Translations under genes and position numbers: made by a program | In this document: positions 6,692 to 16,752 of the stretch, piece after piece | Layout: every line of letters begins with the position of its first letter | Position numbering within the stretch: the stretch's first letter is position 1 | Origin: a virus | Direction: 5' to 3' (one strand) | IMG/VR virus record: IMGVR_UViG_3300045988_063194 | Span: 1 to 40,041 of that record | DNA: 40,041 nucleotides | The notes under the pieces: generated by a model | Database searches by the model: none | Seen by the model: the letters and a program-made list of their open reading frames with translations, nothing else | Told to the model about the DNA's origin: nothing

Positions 6692-7246
6692 TTAATTCTG
6701 TTGGCTTTGCCTTGGCATGAGCGCTTCGTAGAAGCGTTCCTCGCATTCGTCCAAATCAGCACGCATGGCTTCGGTGGCGAAAAGCCTTCCGATGGCCTTG
6801 GAGTCCACGCAATCCGTGTCGATGCCGGTTGTCGGCGTCGCATCGGCCGCTTCACCCGACAGCATGGCCGCCTGGACGGCCGCATCCGCATCGTTGGTAA
6901 TCGGCGGCAGTCCCAAAGCCGTCCTCGTCCGGTTGCGTGCGGCCGTCATCGGATCGTCCTGCACCTCGCCACTGTCGGACATCATGGACACGGATTCCGC
7001 CGCAGTATCCGACAAGGCCGCCTCCAAACCCTCATAGGCGGTCGTGTACGCGTTACGTCCGGTCTGCGGATCGTACGAGCCGGCCGATTCGCGCGCCTGC
7101 ATCATGGCCGCGCACGTCTCGGCGACGCTCGTCGTGCCGAGCAGAGCCCGCCATGCGGCGATAGCGTCCATGCCGCACACAAGCCCCTGTTCTCCGTTTT
7201 TCTCCGCGCGGATGATGAGGTTTCCACCTTCCACGACCGTTTGCAT
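6692..7246 (-). CDS. Hypothetical tail-associated protein
   Basis: RBS AAAGGAGGAA. Ends FYEALMPRQSQQN, which shares the MPRQ-encoding 3' DNA (TCATGCCAaGGCAAA) with 4676..5086. Confidence 0.5.
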   Translation of the reverse strand: MQTVVEGGNLIIRAEKNGEQGLVCGMDAIAAWRALLGTTSVAETCAAMMQARESAGSYDPQTGRNAYTTAYEGLEAALSDTAAESVSMMSDSGEVQDDPMTAARNRTRTALGLPPITNDADAAVQAAMLSGEAADATPTTGIDTDCVDSKAIGRLFATEAMRADLDECEERFYEALMPRQSQQN

Positions 7247-7256
7247 GATTCCTCCT

Positions 7257-10200
7257 TTATTTGGTCAGCCAGGCGATGGCATTGACGTACATGTCGCCCT
7301 TATAGGTGCCGTTTCCGGCGTTGTATCCAATGACCTGCATCGATCCAGCGCCGCCGGTGTTGCACACGTGCATGAAGATCGATCCAAAGTTGAGGTCGGC
7401 ATTGCACACGCCGTAGTAGCGTCCGTATTTCGTCGGCGTCCATGACCACGTTGTCTGTGGCACGGTGAAGTCCGCGGTCAACGTCGCGTTCTGGTAGATT
7501 CGCCAATTGGTGCTTTGGAATGTGTGGCGGCCGTTGATGCCGCCGAGATATCCACCAAGATACACGTATCCGGTGCTGATGTCCGAGACCACGCCGACCT
7601 CGCCGTTCGCATCCGACGCGGTGCACCACGTCTTCGCTTTCGCACCGTATGCCTTGACGCCGATTTCGCAGAGCAATCCAGAATCGCTGCGCACGTCCAA
7701 ATACGCGCTTGCGCCTGATCCGCCGACGCCCTCCATGTCGAGCCAGGCACTGCTCTTCTTGCTGGCGTCCGCCTCTTCCCAATTCGTGCTAGCTGAAAGG
7801 TATGCCTTCGAGGTGATGCCGCTGCCGGTCGCGCCCTTCGACCGTGGCATCGACTGGAGTCGGAGCTGCGTGCCCGGATCGTTCTTTGCCACATGTCCGC
7901 TCCACAAGTCCAGCTCGCTCATCGTGCCGACCTCACTCGACTGGATCACCGACGCGATGGCCGGATACCGGTAGTAGCCGGTCGAGCCGTTGTAGGCGGG
8001 GAATTCAATGCCGTCGCCCACGAACGTCTCCGAGCCGCTGATCGCATACGACTGGTAATCCGGGCTGATTCGGATTCTGTGCCCACTCGTGCGTGTCTGG
8101 AACGTACCAGTCAGCACATTCGACTTGCCCTCGCCGTCAAGATAGACGGTCTGGTTATGGTTGGAATCCCACATTTGCAATGCGGTCGAATTAAGCTTCA
8201 CGCCAGTGTTCGCAGCCTCGCTGGACTGGAATATCGCGCCGGTGAAGACATAGCCCTTGAACTGGCCTGCCGCCACCTTGTCGGACGTGATGGTGCCCGC
8301 CGCGATCTTGACGGCCGTCACACTGTTTGCCGCGAGCTTGTCGGCGGTTATGGCACCGGTCACAATCTTGGACGCATTGACCGAATTAGCAGCCAATTTG
8401 TCGGCATTCACGACACCAGCCGCCAAGGCAGCAGTGGTCACGGCATTAGCCGCAATCTCCCCGGCCTGAATCTTGTGGACGTTGAGCAAGGCCACGGTCA
8501 TATCTTCCGTGACCTTGAGCTTCGCGGTGGTGACGCTGTTCGCGGCAATCTTGTCTGATGTGATGGCCAGTGCGACGATGTTCCGAGCCTGCACCGAGTT
8601 GGCGGCGAGTTTCGCGGCGGTCACCGCATCAGCCACCAATTTCTCCGTCGTGACGGAGTTCGCGGCGAGCTTGTCCACTGTGATGGCATTGGCCTTGACC
8701 TTCTCGGCGGTCACGGAGTCGGCGGCGAGATGCTTCGCGGCCACCGTGCCAGCAGCGAGGATGTTGTTCGCCACGAGGTCGAATGGCTCGAATCTCGTAC
8801 CGTCCCACGTCAGGACTTCCACCACACGATCGGACAAGGGCACCAGCACGCTCGGAGAAGCGTTTGGCGCGCCGGTCCAGTACGTGTAGAAGTCGGCGAG
8901 CAGTGAGGGGCTTGCGTTCTTCTCGCCCTGCCAGCGAGTCCAATACTTTTGTGTGCGCCACCACATGTCGCCCGGCTTCAAGCCGTCATGCGCGGGTTCG
9001 TCCGGACCACGGTAGATCAGGTTCTTGCCGTCCGCCGTGGTCTGAGCCTTTTTCGCGGCGGCCTGCGCCTGATTCGCCTGAGACTGCGCGTTCGCGGCGG
9101 CGGTCGAAGCCTTGTCGGCGGTGGACTGCGCGGTTTTGGCCGCATCATTCGCCTTGACAGCCGCATTCGCGGCATCGGTCGCGGCCTTGTCGGTCACAGC
9201 CACCCAAGCACTGCCATTCCAACGCTTCGGCGTGTTCGCGCCTCCAGTCGTGTCAATCCACAAGGTCGAAGCCTTGCGCATCGACGTGGCCGGTGCCGTG
9301 CTCTGGATGAGCACGTCGGCCTTGCCGTTAGCCACGCCAGCCGCCGCCGCAGCCGCCGTATTCGCCTTCTGCGCAGCGTTGGCCGCGTCCGTGGCGGACT
9401 GGGCCGCACTGTCTGCGGTGGCCTTCGCCTGCGTGGCCACGCTCGAAGCGTTCGAAGCGGTGGCCTTCGCATCCGAAGCGTCCGTCTTGGCCGAAGCCGC
9501 GTCAGACTTGGCAGCATTGGCCGAAGCATTGGCGGTGTTAGCTAGCGTCTCAGCATTGCCAGCGGTCTTCTTGGCGCTCTCGGCGGCGGTCTGGGCGGCA
9601 TTGGCCGCGTCCTTGGCCTGACCGGCGGTCGCGGTGGCGCTCTTCGCAGCCGTCTGAGCCGCATTGGCGGTGTCCTGTGCGGTCCTGGCCGCACCATTCG
9701 CCGTGTCAGCCGTGCCCTGAGCCGTCTTGGCGGCAGCAGCGGCATTCTCAGCAGCCTTCTTCGCGTCGGTGGTCTTCGCGGCGTTATCCGCGATGTCGGA
9801 CTTCGCCTGAGCGATTTCGTCGGCATTGCGCTCCACGTCGGCATAGCCGAGATGGTTCCATGCAGAGCCATCCCAGACAAGCGTGTCAATCACGCGATCA
9901 GACAATGGCACAAGCACGCTGGGCGAGGCGTTAGGCGCGCCCTGCCAGTACGTGTAGAAGTCAGCCAAGAGGCTCGGTGAGGCGTTCTTCTCTCCCTGCC
10001 ACCTCGTCCAATACTTTTGCGTCTTGAGCCACAAGTCACCGACAATCAGATTGTCCTTCGGCTCGTCAGGCCCACGGAAAGTGTGATTCTTCGAATGTGC
10101 TTCGGCATACGCCTGAGCCGCCGACTCCTTCGCCGTGCTGATCTCGCCATTCGCGGCGGTCAGGTCGCTCTTGGTCTGCGCGATATCCTTCCGGGCCTGC

Positions 10201-12212
10201 GTCAGGTCGGTCTGCGCCTGGGCGAGCGACTTGGACGCCGCGTCAAGATTAGACTTGTTGGCTTGGATGTCCTTCTGCGCCTGCGTCAGCTTCGCCGCAT
10301 TATCCTTCAACACCGTCTGATTGTCAGCCAAATCCTTTTGAATCTGCTTGACCTCATCAGGCGACACGGCGGACGCCACGGTCACAGTGGCAATCGCAGA
10401 CCAGTCGGAGCGGTTGCCCGCATGGTCCACGGAACGCAAAGCATAGGAGTGCTGCGAGCCTGCGGTCAGACCGGTGATGACGTAATCGCCCTGCCCCGAC
10501 TGGGTGGCGCTGATGACCTGCATTCCAGCCGCATTGATGCCCTCGCCCACCTCGATATGGTCGAAGTCAGGCTCCATCTGCGCGCCGGCAGCGGTCTTGC
10601 CGTCCCAATGGACGGTGACCACGCCTAGCTTGGATGAGACTGTCGGCTTCGACGGCACGGAGCACGGGGTCACGTCGGATTCGACGGTGGCCACGACGAT
10701 GCTCGACCATTCGCCGAGCTTGTCGGAATACGTTGGCACGGCGCGTACCCTGACCTCGATCTGAGTGCCGCAGTCAAGGTTGCCGAAGCCCAGCTGCGTC
10801 TTGTCCGTCGTTCCGGCCGAATGCCACGGCGCACCGTCCACGTACTTGCGCCACTCGACGGAATAATTGCTGATCTCAATGGCCGTGTCATTGGTCGCTT
10901 CGGTCACTGCGGACCACATGGCGGTGGCCAAGCCGTGGGCGAAACCGTCGCTGCCGATATACGCATCAGTTTGCACCACAAGGCCGAGCGGCGCTTTCGG
11001 CACGCGATGGTCATGGTCAGTGGAGACGGTGGTTCCGCTCTCACTGCCAGCCAATGCCGCGCCACCGGTAATGCCCTTGATCTTCTTCGCCTGCCTGACC
11101 GAGGCATCATACTTGATATCATTCAGAGCGATGGAGGCGCTTAAACCCTCATTCTGGCGCATGGACAGGTCGATTTCCTGCACGCGCACCTTCTCGCCGT
11201 GGGCCACGGTAGGTGCGGTGATCCAATCGCCCGCATGATAGTCGATGAGCGGCAGATTATCCACATTCGCGGTCACCAGATCGCGCGTGTACTGGCCACG
11301 CACCCTGGCCGCGTCATCCAAAGTGATCTGCATGAATGCCTGGGCAGTGTCCTTGTCGGACACGCCGCCCTGCGAGCTGTAGGACTCCCACTTGCCCCAA
11401 GGCGTCGGTGCAGCCGGATTGTCCATGCGGAAGAGCAGATTATTGTCACCCTCGACAAGGATGGTGCTGGCCAGATCCGCGATGGACTCCTCAAATGGCG
11501 CCTCGCTGATGTCGCGCGCCAATTGCAGCACGACACTCTTGCTCAAATCACGGCTCAAGGCGGCACTGTCCGCATTCCACAGCTTCAAGGCGCGGCCCGA
11601 TGTGCGCCAGTCGCAGCCGCCACCATTGACCAGGGCGTCCAGGATGGTCTGCAAATCGGTGCCGAGCGAATAGTACAGAGTGTACTTCTTCGCCCAATTA
11701 CTGCCAGCCGAGTCCTTGGCCGTGTCGAAGCCCAAGGTCAGACCAGTGGCCACGCCACCACGCGCCCGGTTTTCGTCAAGCAGGGTCTTGAGAATCGTGC
11801 CCGGATTGGAAGAATAAAAAGGCCTTTTACCCTTGTTATCGCCATCGGCGATGAGATGGCTCGCGTCGTTGTTTTCGGCCTTAGACAGCAGCCAGCCAAT
11901 CGACTGACCGGAATAGGTGATGGTCTTGGTGCGGTCATCCGTCTTGCCGGAACGGCCGGTGATCACGAAACGCGCATTATCAGGCTCCTGATAGCCGGTG
12001 CCGTCCGACACTTCCACGGCCACTTCTAGGCCGTCCGTCAGCTCTCGGTCGAATGCCTGCGCGTCACCGGACAGCATGGAGTATTCGATGCTGATCGCGC
12101 CATCGTCATCGTGCAGCATCGAAGCGCTGAAGCTCACCGGCTCAGCCAATACGCCGATACGCGCGCCGAAAGGCCGGTAGGCCACGAGACGAGCATGCAA
12201 AGATTTAGCCAT
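7257..12212 (-). CDS. Large tail fibre / tail-associated (Tal-like) receptor-binding protein, 1651 aa
   Basis: Start MAKSLHARLV, just after the Dit stop. It has a prophage-tail N-terminal domain, FN3-like segments and a long Ala-rich coiled coil (AAKTAQGTADTANGAARTAQ...). A module of about 80 aa is duplicated. There are about 15 copies of an A-N-S-V-T-x-x-K-L type repeat and a unique C-terminal domain. Confidence 0.85.
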   Translation of the reverse strand: MAKSLHARLVAYRPFGARIGVLAEPVSFSASMLHDDDGAISIEYSMLSGDAQAFDRELTDGLEVAVEVSDGTGYQEPDNARFVITGRSGKTDDRTKTITYSGQSIGWLLSKAENNDASHLIADGDNKGKRPFYSSNPGTILKTLLDENRARGGVATGLTLGFDTAKDSAGSNWAKKYTLYYSLGTDLQTILDALVNGGGCDWRTSGRALKLWNADSAALSRDLSKSVVLQLARDISEAPFEESIADLASTILVEGDNNLLFRMDNPAAPTPWGKWESYSSQGGVSDKDTAQAFMQITLDDAARVRGQYTRDLVTANVDNLPLIDYHAGDWITAPTVAHGEKVRVQEIDLSMRQNEGLSASIALNDIKYDASVRQAKKIKGITGGAALAGSESGTTVSTDHDHRVPKAPLGLVVQTDAYIGSDGFAHGLATAMWSAVTEATNDTAIEISNYSVEWRKYVDGAPWHSAGTTDKTQLGFGNLDCGTQIEVRVRAVPTYSDKLGEWSSIVVATVESDVTPCSVPSKPTVSSKLGVVTVHWDGKTAAGAQMEPDFDHIEVGEGINAAGMQVISATQSGQGDYVITGLTAGSQHSYALRSVDHAGNRSDWSAIATVTVASAVSPDEVKQIQKDLADNQTVLKDNAAKLTQAQKDIQANKSNLDAASKSLAQAQTDLTQARKDIAQTKSDLTAANGEISTAKESAAQAYAEAHSKNHTFRGPDEPKDNLIVGDLWLKTQKYWTRWQGEKNASPSLLADFYTYWQGAPNASPSVLVPLSDRVIDTLVWDGSAWNHLGYADVERNADEIAQAKSDIADNAAKTTDAKKAAENAAAAAKTAQGTADTANGAARTAQDTANAAQTAAKSATATAGQAKDAANAAQTAAESAKKTAGNAETLANTANASANAAKSDAASAKTDASDAKATASNASSVATQAKATADSAAQSATDAANAAQKANTAAAAAAGVANGKADVLIQSTAPATSMRKASTLWIDTTGGANTPKRWNGSAWVAVTDKAATDAANAAVKANDAAKTAQSTADKASTAAANAQSQANQAQAAAKKAQTTADGKNLIYRGPDEPAHDGLKPGDMWWRTQKYWTRWQGEKNASPSLLADFYTYWTGAPNASPSVLVPLSDRVVEVLTWDGTRFEPFDLVANNILAAGTVAAKHLAADSVTAEKVKANAITVDKLAANSVTTEKLVADAVTAAKLAANSVQARNIVALAITSDKIAANSVTTAKLKVTEDMTVALLNVHKIQAGEIAANAVTTAALAAGVVNADKLAANSVNASKIVTGAITADKLAANSVTAVKIAAGTITSDKVAAGQFKGYVFTGAIFQSSEAANTGVKLNSTALQMWDSNHNQTVYLDGEGKSNVLTGTFQTRTSGHRIRISPDYQSYAISGSETFVGDGIEFPAYNGSTGYYRYPAIASVIQSSEVGTMSELDLWSGHVAKNDPGTQLRLQSMPRSKGATGSGITSKAYLSASTNWEEADASKKSSAWLDMEGVGGSGASAYLDVRSDSGLLCEIGVKAYGAKAKTWCTASDANGEVGVVSDISTGYVYLGGYLGGINGRHTFQSTNWRIYQNATLTADFTVPQTTWSWTPTKYGRYYGVCNADLNFGSIFMHVCNTGGAGSMQVIGYNAGNGTYKGDMYVNAIAWLTK

Positions 12213-12214
12213 AA

Positions 12215-13033
12215 TCACTCCCAGGAAGGTTTGAAACGGCACGTCACCGCAGACGTACTGGACTGTTTGACCTGCAGCGCGTAGCTGCCGGAATCGGCGG
12301 CAGGCCACACCTGCAACGGTTCGCTCGTCCAATCAATGCCAGCAGTCACATCAGTGCCACCAGTCCAAGCGTTATTGCCACCTGCGGTCCACGCGCGACG
12401 ATTACCGGCATCAAGATAAAGATTCGACGCATTCGGCCCGCTCCACTTAATATCCGTGCCGGTCACCGGGTCGGACACAGTCACGGACGACACGTTAGAA
12501 AAACGGAGGATGAGATTAAGCAGCGGAGCATTGGAATACCACCCCTCACTGCCGGGCTTGGCCTCGCCGTGAAGGAATACGCCGCCCGCAGCGGGAAGCG
12601 TGGCAGTCTGCCAATCACCCTGCCAAAACACGTCAGGCAGTTGAAAGACAGCCGTGGCGGCACGGTGGTCATTCCACGGTATTTCGTCACCGTCCGGCTG
12701 ACATGACGTGCACACCGCGCTAGCGGTCATGCGGCGCGCCAGACCGGTGGACACGTCACGCTCCACACGAGTCAACTCGGACGCGAGGCGGCAGAGACGA
12801 TAGAACCGATGCATCAGAGCATCCGCACCACTGCCATCCGTGATGAATTTCAGCGTGATTTCAGGCGCGTCGAAAGCCACCGGCCCAGCCGGAAGCATGA
12901 CGCCGTTCCGGCCGTTCACGGTCACGGAATTGATGCGCGGGCTGATGCTCGTGAAATGGGTGGTGCCGACGATCAGACTCGAATGCTCACCGGTCAGCTG
13001 CTGACCATTGATGAGATAATCCGTGAGAATCAT
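12215..13033 (-). CDS. Distal tail protein (Dit-like)
   Basis: 272 aa, located between the tape measure and the Tal/fibre gene. RBS GGGTGGTG. Confidence 0.65.
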   Translation of the reverse strand: MILTDYLINGQQLTGEHSSLIVGTTHFTSISPRINSVTVNGRNGVMLPAGPVAFDAPEITLKFITDGSGADALMHRFYRLCRLASELTRVERDVSTGLARRMTASAVCTSCQPDGDEIPWNDHRAATAVFQLPDVFWQGDWQTATLPAAGGVFLHGEAKPGSEGWYSNAPLLNLILRFSNVSSVTVSDPVTGTDIKWSGPNASNLYLDAGNRRAWTAGGNNAWTGGTDVTAGIDWTSEPLQVWPAADSGSYALQVKQSSTSAVTCRFKPSWE

Positions 13034-13057
13034 TGCACCACCCTTTTCGCTCGTGTG

Positions 13058-15889
13058 TCACCATTGCGGCATCGCAGCCGTCTGCAATTTCTGCTGCGTG
13101 CTTATCGACGTCGGCGAAATCGCCGGATAATTAAAAGTCTGCGTGACGAAAGTGTTGCCACCACCGCCAGCATTGAGATTCGCGCGCCCCGACTTCGACG
13201 CATCCACATCAAAACCGCCATTAATCTGCGCATTCATGCCGTTCACGGTGCGCTGCACGTCCCTCCAGCCTTCCTTGAGGCTCTTGTCAAAGCCCTGCAT
13301 GATCGCCAAGCCAGCAGGCTTAAGCATCACCTTGTCGTAGCTGAGCGGACCCTTATGCCTGACGATCCAATCGCCGATACCGCTCACAAAGCTCTTCACT
13401 TGGCCGAATTTGGATAGCAGGCCATTGAGCAGACCGGTGATAATGCTCCTGCCGGCATTCAACAGCCATGTGCCGGCACCAGCGAACACGCCAATGATGG
13501 CACTGCCGATGCCACCAAGGAAGCCAAGCACACCCTGCACGACACCATGCACAATTTGACTAAAGCCATTCCACGCCTGACTCCAATTGCCATGAATCAG
13601 GCCGGTCACCAGATTGATGACGCCTTGGATGACATTGACGATGCCCTTGACCACCATCGTGATGCCATTGATGATGCCTTGAATGAATGGCAGCATCGCT
13701 TGGATAGTCGGCAGCAGTGTCGAGCTGATGAAGCCGACGATCGCGGAAATGATCGTGGACACCAATGGCGCGAGAGCCTGAATCACCGGCATGAGCGCCT
13801 GAATCACGGCCATGACCTCATTGATCACGGTAATGACGATCGGCTGGATGCCTTGGATGACCGGAGTGATCGCCTGAATGACGGTGGTCACCACGGTCAG
13901 AATGCCCTGAATGGCAGGTACCAAAGCACCCACCAAAGTGGAAATGATTGGTGTTAGCAGTGGAATGATCTGGCCGACGAGATTGGTGATGACAGGCATG
14001 ACAGCGGCCGCCAATTGACTCAAAGCCGTCATGAGCGCCTGAATCGACGGCTGCAACATTTGGAATGCCTGCTGCAAGCTGACGAAAACGTTCTGCAGCA
14101 TCGTGCCGAACTCGCTACGCAATTGCGGGCTCGTGGCGATCAATCCCGCCAGAGCGCCAATCACAAGCGTGATAGGGCCACCAAGACCAGACAGGACGCC
14201 ACCGAACTTCGACAGCAAGCCGCCAATCACCGGCACGCCGCTCAAAGCGCCACCAAGACCAGCCGCGCCAAGCAGACCAGTCACGGCGGCGATAGGACCG
14301 GACAATCCAGACAATTGGCCAGTGAAGCCGCTGAAATTGATTTTGCCAATCTTGTCAGCGACAGCACCAAACACTTTCTCAAGCGGCGGGCCGATCTTCT
14401 CGGCCAGTGCGGCCACCTTGTCGAAAAACGCGGTGATGAGCGGTTCGACGGCCTGCACCATCTTGATGACCGCGCCGCCGACACCACCGAAAGCCGCGAT
14501 CAGATCATTGCCGACCGAAGTCTTCAATCCAGCGATTTCATGCTGTAGGATGGTCATCTTGCCCTGCGGCGTGTCCGCCAAGGCCTTGTTGATGCCGCCG
14601 AAATTCGCTTCCAGGACCTTCGCGGCCATCGCGGCCTTCTCGGACGCGCTACCCTCCTGAAGGACCTTCTTCTGCGCGTCCGTCATGGTCACGCCATATT
14701 TGCTCAGCGCGGTAGCCGAGCCTGTCATGACCTTGCCAAGCAGATTCGCTATCTGCACGCCATCCTGCGCCGTCGCGTTATAACCCTTGTTGTTGGCGAT
14801 CATGTCCGCCAAAGCGGGCGTCAACGTCTTGACCTGATCCGCCGTCAGCGCGAAGGTGCCGAGCTGCGCCTGGGCGGCCTTCAACGTGCCGCCGGATATG
14901 ACGCCGGTCTGGCCAAGCGTCTTATTCAGGCTGAGCAGCGACTTCTGCTCCTCATCCGTCCAATTGTTGTTCTTGGCGACCTGCTGGAATTTCGCGGTCA
15001 CCTCTCCGGCCTTGAGCGCCGCATCGACGGACTGTCGTCCGAAGTTGACGAGGTATGCGGCCGCTGCGGTGGCCGCGCCGGACACGACGGTGGCCATGCC
15101 TTTCGCGGCGTTGCCGATACCGGACACGGCCTTGGACGCGAAGCCGGACGCCTTGCTCAACCCGGAGTGCAAGGCACTACCGGCCTTCGTCGCCGCGTTC
15201 CTCGCCCCTTCCGGCAGCGCGTTCCACACGGCAGAGAATTTGCTTTTGATGTTGGACGTGACCTCGCCGGCCGTCGAGCTGATCTTCCGCATCGCGGAAT
15301 TCACTCCGGGGATCGTGCCTGCGACCTGCCGTCCCACCGAAACGAATCCCGACGCCATGCGGGAGAAAACGTTCCTGGACTTGTCCGCTTCGGACGCCAA
15401 TTGCGTTTCGAGGTCCTTGAGCCGTCCCTGCGCCGTTTTGAGATTGTCGGACGCCGCCTTGAGATTGTCGGATGCCGCCTTCTGCCGGATCTGCGCCTGC
15501 TCCAATTTGATGGCCGCAGCCTGAGCCTGGGTAGAATCGGCCCCGTATTTTTGCGTGGCAGCGTTCAGCTTCTCCTGAGCTGCCTGCACCTGCACGGACG
15601 CGTCCTTGAATTTCAGCAGCGCGTCAGTATTCTTCTGGCTCGCCTGCGCAACATCCTTCTTAAAGGATTTCAAAGCATCGGAATTCAACTCGGCGGCACC
15701 ACTGTTGAACCCGTTCTTGAAGGCGCTGCCGGCCTTCTTGCCCTGCTGCGCCCCGTTAAACCCTTTGGAAAAGGCGTTTTTCAGGTCGGAGACTGCCTTG
15801 CCGGTTTCTTTCGCCACGTTCTGGCGGAAGCCATTCATCTGCGGGAAAATGCTCACATGAGCGGAACCAAGCTCACTGCCGCCAGCCAT
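13058..15889 (-). CDS. Tail tape measure protein
   Basis: 943 aa. Coiled-coil N-terminus. Central Gly/Ala/Ile-rich hydrophobic repeats (VITNLVGQIIPLLTPIISTLVGALVPAIQGIL...). Canonical position after the chaperone genes. Confidence 0.9.
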   Translation of the reverse strand: MAGGSELGSAHVSIFPQMNGFRQNVAKETGKAVSDLKNAFSKGFNGAQQGKKAGSAFKNGFNSGAAELNSDALKSFKKDVAQASQKNTDALLKFKDASVQVQAAQEKLNAATQKYGADSTQAQAAAIKLEQAQIRQKAASDNLKAASDNLKTAQGRLKDLETQLASEADKSRNVFSRMASGFVSVGRQVAGTIPGVNSAMRKISSTAGEVTSNIKSKFSAVWNALPEGARNAATKAGSALHSGLSKASGFASKAVSGIGNAAKGMATVVSGAATAAAAYLVNFGRQSVDAALKAGEVTAKFQQVAKNNNWTDEEQKSLLSLNKTLGQTGVISGGTLKAAQAQLGTFALTADQVKTLTPALADMIANNKGYNATAQDGVQIANLLGKVMTGSATALSKYGVTMTDAQKKVLQEGSASEKAAMAAKVLEANFGGINKALADTPQGKMTILQHEIAGLKTSVGNDLIAAFGGVGGAVIKMVQAVEPLITAFFDKVAALAEKIGPPLEKVFGAVADKIGKINFSGFTGQLSGLSGPIAAVTGLLGAAGLGGALSGVPVIGGLLSKFGGVLSGLGGPITLVIGALAGLIATSPQLRSEFGTMLQNVFVSLQQAFQMLQPSIQALMTALSQLAAAVMPVITNLVGQIIPLLTPIISTLVGALVPAIQGILTVVTTVIQAITPVIQGIQPIVITVINEVMAVIQALMPVIQALAPLVSTIISAIVGFISSTLLPTIQAMLPFIQGIINGITMVVKGIVNVIQGVINLVTGLIHGNWSQAWNGFSQIVHGVVQGVLGFLGGIGSAIIGVFAGAGTWLLNAGRSIITGLLNGLLSKFGQVKSFVSGIGDWIVRHKGPLSYDKVMLKPAGLAIMQGFDKSLKEGWRDVQRTVNGMNAQINGGFDVDASKSGRANLNAGGGGNTFVTQTFNYPAISPTSISTQQKLQTAAMPQW

Positions 15890-15904
15890 GACAGCCTCCT
15901 CTAT

Positions 15905-16638
15905 TCACTTGTCTTTTTTGAATCCGAAGATGCTGCTCATCGACGCCAAAGCCGCACGACGCTCCTCATCGGTCACTTCGACGTGCTTTCCACCAGCTTT
16001 TTCGGGCGCGAGGTCGCCAAGAATCGACGTGCCACCAGACTGAATCGCGGTGATGATAGCCGTCGCATCCATCGGCAGCACCATATGCACGGCAGACATG
16101 CCGCAATACGTCGATGGATCCGCCGAAAGGCTCTCCCACAAGGCGATCGCGTCCGCGAAACGGAGTCTGCCGCCCAAGTCGGTCTGCAGACTCCATCCAC
16201 GCGCCGCGAAATCAGCCCTTATTCGGTCGCCGTCTTCCCCTCGGAGAAGCTGGCAGAAGCCGACGATTTTCCCAAATCAGCGCCCTGCACCTTGGCAATG
16301 ATTTCGCCATAAGCGCTGAGGATGTTCATCGGCACCATGACCGGCTCCTTCGCCAGCTCCTTGGCCGCATCCTCACCAGCGAAAGCAGTCAGCATGTCCT
16401 TCAACGTCTGAATCTGCTCGACATCCGACTTAATGTCGGACAGCTTAACGAAATCATCAATCGACAGCGCCAAAGGCAGCTTGTAAATGTGGCCATGCGG
16501 TGCCAAAAACCACACGGAGCCGTCCTTGATGAGATGCTTCACGTCCATCTGCGCGGCGACAGCCTCAAGCGCCTTGTCCTCATCCTCCTGAGTCCATGCG
16601 TCGAAATCGGCGGCGGAGGGCATCACGTTCTTGGTCAT
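15905..16638 (-). CDS. Tail assembly chaperone, -1 frameshift fusion product (gpGT-like)
   Basis: The -1 frame is open from the slippery site GGGAAAA (16267..16273) to the stop at 15905. It reads ...GKIVGFCQLL...GGRLRFADAIALWESLSADPSTYCG... Confidence 0.7.
16219..16638 (-). CDS. Tail assembly chaperone (gpG-like)
   Basis: 139-aa acidic protein between the major tail and tape measure genes. RBS AAGAAGGAAG. Confidence 0.75.
   Translation of the reverse strand: MTKNVMPSAADFDAWTQEDEDKALEAVAAQMDVKHLIKDGSVWFLAPHGHIYKLPLALSIDDFVKLSDIKSDVEQIQTLKDMLTAFAGEDAAKELAKEPVMVPMNILSAYGEIIAKVQGADLGKSSASASFSEGKTATE
16267..16273 (-). promoter_or_regulatory. Programmed -1 ribosomal frameshift slippery heptamer G GGA AAA
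   Basis: X XXY YYZ heptamer in the zero frame (TTG GGA AAA TCG), 16 codons before the gpG-like stop. Confidence 0.65.
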
Positions 16639-16752
16639 TTCTTCCTTCTTTCAAACGACTGTAAAAATTCCTTTACTCCACTGAATGAAGAGGAAGAATC
16701 CCAGCACATGCGAAGAAAGGAAGAAAGAAACACATGCTAGGAAGAATCAATG

